Source: Candidatus Woesebacteria bacterium RIFCSPHIGHO2_01_FULL_38_10
GTDB taxonomy: Bacteria > Patescibacteriota > Microgenomatia > UBA8517
DNA: 64,000 nt
Direction of reading: 5' to 3'
NCBI GenBank assembly: GCA_001792215.1
Contig: MGGC01000038.1
Location: 3,555 to 67,554, forward strand
Part shown: piece by piece, positions 58,800 to 64,000 of the stretch
Layout: each line of letters begins with the position of its first letter
Position numbering within the stretch: position 1 is the stretch's first letter
The notes under the pieces: generated by a model
Told to the model about the DNA's origin: nothing
The model's database searches: none
What the model saw: only the letters and a program-made list of their open reading frames with translations
Program-made: the position numbers and the translations under genes

Positions 58800-59714
58800 T
58801 CAAAACCTCTGAGCGAACCTTTTTCCCAATATCACCTCAAAATTAAAATTACCCTCTAGATCTTTTTCATCCAGTTGGCAAGAAAAAATCCAAGCTATTT
58901 TCCTGCCTAACCTTCTATCTTTACTTTTAACTAAACAGTCTGAATCCTCTTCTTCCTCTTTAACGATTGATGCCATCTTGGCTCCCAAAACCTCAACGAC
59001 CTCCCCCAACTCGCTTGCTGAGTTATTAAAACCACTTCTATCTTTAATAATCATTTTTGCCTTCTCTCGAGATAATTGGTTATCACTGAAACCTGCCTGT
59101 ATAAAGTCTGGAAGCTTTCTCAATAGACGATACCCACTACTTCCGTCCGTAAGGGTTGCCTCTTCCAAAAAACCACTCTTGGCCAAATCAATATCAACCT
59201 TATTTTTATTATTAACCCTTAAAGAGAATAGCCCTATTCCCAACCTATCGCTCATTTTAAGATTCGTTTCATATGGCAAAAAAACGGCCTTGATCAGACC
59301 CAGTCCCCCCTTACTAAATCCACCTGCCGGAAAATCTGCCCAGAGAAAAACTGGTAATTTAAGATACTTTGTAATAGTTTCTGTTAATAACTTCCCTTCA
59401 ATATTCTCATTTTCAGCCAACTTCCATACACTTTTTAACTTCCAAATACCAAGCCGTCTTGCAAGTTCAACCTCTAATTCACCCGAAATGTTTAAATTAA
59501 TAATTTCTTTCGTATTCGGATCAAAGGTTGAAATTAGAATATCACCACTGGGGTTATTTATAACAACTGACAACTTATCTTTACCGTTCCAAACCCTTTT
59601 TTGAAGAAAAACGAAGCTTGGGAAAAATATCAAAATAAGACTGAAAAGAAAATATAAAAATATTTTTCTTTTTGGACTTTTCAACCTTCTTGACTTTTTT
59701 CTTTGGGCAGGCAC
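58800..59714 (-). CDS. Membrane-anchored hypothetical protein (304 aa)
   Basis: Basic N-terminus, single TM, extracytoplasmic domain; family uncertain. Confidence 0.5.
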   Translation of the reverse strand: MPAQRKKSRRLKSPKRKIFLYFLFSLILIFFPSFVFLQKRVWNGKDKLSVVINNPSGDILISTFDPNTKEIINLNISGELEVELARRLGIWKLKSVWKLAENENIEGKLLTETITKYLKLPVFLWADFPAGGFSKGGLGLIKAVFLPYETNLKMSDRLGIGLFSLRVNNKNKVDIDLAKSGFLEEATLTDGSSGYRLLRKLPDFIQAGFSDNQLSREKAKMIIKDRSGFNNSASELGEVVEVLGAKMASIVKEEEEDSDCLVKSKDRRLGRKIAWIFSCQLDEKDLEGNFNFEVILGKRFAQRF

Positions 59715-59798
59715 GGCAATATACTATCTTAGCATGAGTTTCACACTTGCAATAAACCTCTGAGGTAATAAAAAAGGGTAAACTTCAGTAATTCAAAT

Positions 59799-61472
59799 TC
59801 ACTTAAATATTAACCTGTTGAAATGAGCTTTACCCATTTTTCGCAGGCGCTCGCCAGAAAATCTATAAGCTTTTAAAAGATGTTTTATATGCTCGCCTGC
59901 AACCACCTCTGGTACAATAACGTAACTTGCTCCGGCCTCATATAACTTTATACCTTCCTCCCTAGTCGAGACAGTCATCATGCTTGCCGGTCTTACTTTA
60001 TAACCTCTTATCTGTTCCAAAATGGTCAAATTATCCTCAAGATTGGTTGTTGTTGAAATAACCATTTTGGCTTTATCAAGATTCATCAATTTGATTATTT
60101 CGTTATCAGAAATATCCCCAAACATCACATTGATACCTTCTGCAGTTAAGGAACTAAAAACCTTGGGGTCAAAATCCACGACCAAAAAACTTACACCCTT
60201 CTTTCTAAAAAAGTTAATAAGCGACCTTCCGGTCCTATTGGCACCAATCAGGACCAGATGATCCTGAAAATTTACTTTTTCTATTAGCGCTGATTCTTTG
60301 TTTTTTTTCTTTTCAAAAATTCGTAAATGACTTGCTAATCTACGATACAACCATTCTTGCTTAATCATAAGATAAGTTGAAGCAATCATTGTAAAAACAC
60401 CAACCAAGATAACTAGGCTGCTTTCTTTTTCTGTCACCTGACCCAAACTAGTTCCAAGCGCTAAAAGAATAAATGAAAACTCCGATACCTGGGCAATTGA
60501 TAAACCTGTGAAAAGCGATGTTCGTCTTTTATAACCAATCATTCCCATAATGGGAAGAACTATCAGGGGTTTGACTATAAGAACAAAAAGGCAAAGGACA
60601 AATGCATAAGGTAAAAGACTGATAATGTCCACACCCGTAATCAAGCGTGTACCCAAGTACAGAAAAAACAAGGTAAGGAAAAAATCCCTTAAAGGTCTCG
60701 TGCGTGCTGCGATTTGCAAATGTTCAGGCAAACTTGAAAGTGATAGTCCTGCCAAAAAACCCCCGACTTCAAGACTCAAACCTATTGGTCCGGCAACAAG
60801 ACTGGATATTCCCAATACCCAGGCACAACTCACAATGAAAAGAAGTTCGCCGGAAGCAGCAATAAATTTTTCAAAAAGAAAGGGAAGGATTTTCTTGGAA
60901 ACGAACCAGACAGCCATCAGAATAGAAACTGTCTTAACTAAAAGAAAGGCAAAATCCTGAAACAGCAAATTTCCGCCTTTTAATCCGGACAATAATAAAA
61001 GTATTGAAACCACAACCAAATCCTGCAATAATAAAACTCCAACAGTTATCCTTCCGTATAAACTTTCAAGATCATTTTTTTCAGAAAGATGCTTAACGGC
61101 AATAATTGTTGAGGAAAATGTCAGGGCAAAGGCAATATAAATGGACGGAACAAAGCCAAAACCCAAAAAAAGTAATAGGAAAATTGCCAGTAAAGAAGTG
61201 AGGAAAATTTGTGCGCTCCCGATAATCAATGCGGCCTTACCAATTTCCGGAATCTCTTTCAGCTTTATTTCCAAACCCAGCAAAAATAAAAGAAAGGTTA
61301 CTCCAATCTTTCCCAAATTAGAAAGCGAAGATATGTCCTTAATAAAACCTCCTCCGGCAAGTATAACTCCCGCAAAAAGATAGCCTATAAGAAGAGGTTG
61401 TTTTAAAAATTTTGCCAATAAACCGAATAAAGCTGAGGTGACTAAAAAAAGAGTTATTTGCGAAAAATCCAT
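59799..61472 (-). CDS. CPA2-family cation:proton antiporter with C-terminal RCK/TrkA-N domain (KefB-like)
   Basis: ~12 TM exchanger domain; Rossmann GxGxxG HLVLIGANRTGRSL...VVDFD in the C-terminal regulator domain. Confidence 0.8.
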   Translation of the reverse strand: MDFSQITLFLVTSALFGLLAKFLKQPLLIGYLFAGVILAGGGFIKDISSLSNLGKIGVTFLLFLLGLEIKLKEIPEIGKAALIIGSAQIFLTSLLAIFLLLFLGFGFVPSIYIAFALTFSSTIIAVKHLSEKNDLESLYGRITVGVLLLQDLVVVSILLLLSGLKGGNLLFQDFAFLLVKTVSILMAVWFVSKKILPFLFEKFIAASGELLFIVSCAWVLGISSLVAGPIGLSLEVGGFLAGLSLSSLPEHLQIAARTRPLRDFFLTLFFLYLGTRLITGVDIISLLPYAFVLCLFVLIVKPLIVLPIMGMIGYKRRTSLFTGLSIAQVSEFSFILLALGTSLGQVTEKESSLVILVGVFTMIASTYLMIKQEWLYRRLASHLRIFEKKKNKESALIEKVNFQDHLVLIGANRTGRSLINFFRKKGVSFLVVDFDPKVFSSLTAEGINVMFGDISDNEIIKLMNLDKAKMVISTTTNLEDNLTILEQIRGYKVRPASMMTVSTREEGIKLYEAGASYVIVPEVVAGEHIKHLLKAYRFSGERLRKMGKAHFNRLIFK

Positions 61473-61549
61473 GTACTTAATTTAAAGTTTAAATGAAGCC
61501 AAGATGCTTGTAAAGAAAGTAGTTTAGACCCAAAGCACCAAAGTAGCAT

Positions 61550-62284
61550 TTATACAAGTTTCACACTTCCCTTAATAACCCCTTTCATTAAATTATCCAA
61601 ACAATTCTGGAGATCGTAAGGTAATTCTAGATTAAATTCTAGCATTTTTTTCTTATTAGGATGTCTAAATTTAATTTTATTTGCGTGCAAAAAAAGCCTT
61701 GGACACCATTTACGATCACTTCTTGATGTTTTTCTGCCTGCATAAAACTGATCAGAAACAATTGGATGACCGAGGTATTTTGAGTGGACCCTAATCTGAT
61801 GAGTTCTGCCGGTTTTAGGGTAAAACTCAACCAAACTAAAATCCTCTCCATCCTTTTTTAAATATTTTTTTACTTTATAAAAAGTTTGCGACTCTTTACC
61901 TCCCGGAACGATTCCGAATCTTTCTTTATTCCAGGGTAACCTTCCGGTAGGCACACTGACAATTCCTTCCTCAGGCACTAACTTCCCGTGTACAAGGGCA
62001 ATGTAAGTCTTTTCAACTTCCCTATTCTTAAATTGATTCTGAAGGTTATGAAATACATCAGAGGTTTTTGCAAGCAAAAGTATTCCGCTTGTTTCTTTAT
62101 CCAATCGATGAACAATTCCGTTTCTGAATAACTTGTTTTTGGAAATTGGATATTGGAAATTTTTTGCGATCCACCCCTGTACCACAAGCCTGCCGAGAGT
62201 AGTTTTTGCTTCATTAACGATCCAACCTGAAGGTTTACTCAAGATAAGAAGACTCTCGTCCTCGAAAATAATCTCAGGTTCCAT
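61550..62284 (-). CDS. RluA-family pseudouridine synthase
   Basis: Catalytic motif HRLDKETSGILLLAKT. Confidence 0.8.
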   Translation of the reverse strand: MEPEIIFEDESLLILSKPSGWIVNEAKTTLGRLVVQGWIAKNFQYPISKNKLFRNGIVHRLDKETSGILLLAKTSDVFHNLQNQFKNREVEKTYIALVHGKLVPEEGIVSVPTGRLPWNKERFGIVPGGKESQTFYKVKKYLKKDGEDFSLVEFYPKTGRTHQIRVHSKYLGHPIVSDQFYAGRKTSRSDRKWCPRLFLHANKIKFRHPNKKKMLEFNLELPYDLQNCLDNLMKGVIKGSVKLV

Positions 62285-62332
62285 TTCTCAAACCCCCGTC
62301 TACCAATAACCTATAACCTATGACTTACCGGT

Positions 62333-62779
62333 TTATTCTTCCCTTTTCTTCTGACAATTGGCGCACAAAGTTGCTTCAGGGTAAGCAACAAGCCTGTCTG
62401 TATCAATCATCCTTCCGCAATCCTCACAAATCCCGTATTTCCCAAGTTTTATCATAGTTAGTGCCTTTTTGGTCTGAATTATTTTTCTTTCCAATTCCTC
62501 TTTTATTGCCGAAATCCTAGCATGTCCAAACTGTTCTGCGGCATCAGAATCAGGTGAGGCATTATCCATCAATCGAGTCGTGTCACGAAATGGATCTTCC
62601 TTGGAAATTTCTTTTTTTCTTTTTTCAAGTCTCTTAAGACGGCTCTGCAAAAATCTTGCAACCGGGTTTAGAAGTTTGGAAGGAAAAGCAATTATATCTT
62701 TTCCTATTTTTACAGTCTTGAAAAACGGTTTTTGGGAGCCAGTTTTCAATTTTTTACTGACTTTTTTTTCTTTTGCCAT
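62333..62779 (-). CDS. DksA/TraR-family C4 zinc-finger protein
   Basis: C-terminal CEDCGRMIDTDRLVAYPEATLCANC. Confidence 0.7.
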   Translation of the reverse strand: MAKEKKVSKKLKTGSQKPFFKTVKIGKDIIAFPSKLLNPVARFLQSRLKRLEKRKKEISKEDPFRDTTRLMDNASPDSDAAEQFGHARISAIKEELERKIIQTKKALTMIKLGKYGICEDCGRMIDTDRLVAYPEATLCANCQKKREE

Positions 62780-63376
62780 TTATTCTTTGGATAAATTAAA
62801 AAGCATAAGATATGCCGCAAATGCAACCACTCCTGAGATAATTGCGTCATTCCTACCAACCAAGGATAACATATCGGGAAAAGTGACCGCAACCCCCGCA
62901 CGCGTTAAAAAAAATAAGCCTATGACAACCAAACCTGTGAATCCTACTTTGCCTGACTTGTACCAGGTATAGCTCTTATAACGTTTGTCTAAAAAAAGAA
63001 AAAGGCCAAAAAATAAAACTATCAGAAAAAATCCACCACCAGAGCTCAATTTCATATTTTCCAGAAAATCATAAAAAAAAATAAGTAAGATTATTGATAA
63101 TTGTGAAAAAGTATATCCATCCAAAATCTCGTAAAAATTAAATTTAAAACGGTGAAGTGATACTGCCAACCCAGAAACGGACCCAATTAAAGTTAGCCAA
63201 AACCAAAATTCCGGAAGAACCAGTCTGCTAAGCAAAAACCCGGCTGAGATTCCGGTAAAAATATAAAAGATTGATGAAAACAGGTTTTCCTCTAAATAGT
63301 CGTCTTTTAGCTTCTTCCAAAAAATAAAAGCAGGTATAAAAAAACCCAAAAAAATAAAAAAAATCCTTACAAACAT
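62780..63376 (-). CDS. Polytopic membrane protein (hypothetical)
   Basis: 198 aa, ~6 TM helices; abuts the DksA-like gene with no gap. Confidence 0.5.
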   Translation of the reverse strand: MFVRIFFIFLGFFIPAFIFWKKLKDDYLEENLFSSIFYIFTGISAGFLLSRLVLPEFWFWLTLIGSVSGLAVSLHRFKFNFYEILDGYTFSQLSIILLIFFYDFLENMKLSSGGGFFLIVLFFGLFLFLDKRYKSYTWYKSGKVGFTGLVVIGLFFLTRAGVAVTFPDMLSLVGRNDAIISGVVAFAAYLMLFNLSKE

Positions 63377-63382
63377 CCAACA

Positions 63383-64000
63383 ATGATATACTCATATCCC
63401 CTCTGTTTGCAATTCCAAAAGTTAAAACTCAAGTTTCCCGTACAAAAACAATTTTTTGAATATCAAGCACTTAAGAAATATTGTATAGACGAAGTATTAT
63501 CAGATAAAGGAGTAGAACTTCTTCTTGAAAAGGAAAGATTTCGACAAAAAAATACCTACCCACTTTTTATTCCTCATTCTGCTATAAACCTTTTTATAAT
63601 TTTATTTCCAATAAGTTGGGAAATAGAAGTTTGGCCCATTACACCATTTGTCGATATTCGCTTAATTCAAGTTGCCCGTGGTATACCAAGTAAAGCTAAA
63701 GAAGATTATTTAAAGCAAGAAATGTGGCAAAAAAGAAAAGATATTTTTGTGCAAAGTCAATTTAGGAAAAAGGAGGGAACAGGAGAACACTATAATCGTT
63801 TCTTGGTAGATAAGAGTGAATTCGTCATCTCAGTACTTAAAAATTCTTTATTAGCTGAAAAAAACTGGGTTAAATCCTCAGAAATCATCGATATTCTTTT
63901 AAAAGGGAAGGTCCAGAAATACTATGAAGGTGATAGGAGTGTTTACCTTACGAATCTAGTGGAACTTGAGTTTTTCATACAACAAAACAATATACAGGTG
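63383..64000 (+). CDS. Partial ORF (runs past window end) resembling the C-terminal part of the asparagine-synthase domain
   Basis: Not in the ORF track (no stop before the window edge). PITPFVDIRLIQVARGIPSKAKEDYLKQEMWQKRKDIF resembles the PFLDxxL...A..IP...K block of AsnB-type enzymes. No SGGLDSS PP-loop seen upstream in this frame. Confidence 0.3.
   Translation, partial: MIYSYPLCLQFQKLKLKFPVQKQFFEYQALKKYCIDEVLSDKGVELLLEKERFRQKNTYPLFIPHSAINLFIILFPISWEIEVWPITPFVDIRLIQVARGIPSKAKEDYLKQEMWQKRKDIFVQSQFRKKEGTGEHYNRFLVDKSEFVISVLKNSLLAEKNWVKSSEIIDILLKGKVQKYYEGDRSVYLTNLVELEFFIQQNNIQV

Overview
This 64 kb window reads as a low-GC, gene-dense segment of a reduced bacterial chromosome (Patescibacteria/CPR-like: standard genetic code, tight or overlapping gene junctions, weak Shine-Dalgarno sites, a large type IV pilus cluster, a membrane H+-pyrophosphatase, and an ACP-like gene with no fatty-acid synthase genes). 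Most of it is housekeeping that I can assign from motifs. These include ychF; rpsF-ssb-rpsR; S41 and HtrA proteases; a short trigger factor; thrS-infC-rpmI-rplT-pheS-pheT; a class A PBP; tyrS; recG; rpmF-nusB-ACP-like-rnc-rpsP-KH; holB-like; gyrB; hppA; gyrA; an XerC/D-type recombinase; yebC; a KefB-like antiporter; an RluA-family synthase; and a DksA/TraR-like protein. A ~12 kb minus-strand type IV pilus locus runs pilB-pilT-pilC-pilin-pilD, then six pilin-like genes, a PilX-like gene and pilMNO. The most unusual stretch is ~9.9-15.4 kb, ending at a tRNA-Val/tRNA-Ala pair. It holds two M20 peptidases (the first CNDP/DUG1-like), a 400-aa protein of unknown family translationally coupled to the second M20 gene, a decayed ORF with two in-frame TAA stops, a long divergent protein with GCS2/YbdK-like (glutamate-cysteine-ligase family 2) motifs, and a frameshifted Y1 (IS200/RAYT-like) transposase remnant abutting tRNA-Val. 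A complete tRNA-Ala(GGC) sits between two halves of a second, degenerate tRNA-like sequence bounded by GTACGTAC palindromes. I take this as a tRNA-associated accessory island and my best candidate for an undescribed, possibly amide/thiol-peptide metabolic, system. Other notable items are a ~100-nt structured repeat in three copies (18482, 19047, and inverted at 48811) with compensatory stem changes; a GC-richer convergent small gene with a strong SD (28980-29228); a tightly coupled GC-richer two-gene cassette (49592-50234); an orphan Phd/YefM-like gene next to xer; and a ~1 kb AT-rich non-coding region upstream of xer with a perfect 17-bp palindrome and DnaA-box-like 9-mers. I found no CRISPR arrays or rRNA genes. 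Family assignments are from motif recall, not database searches.
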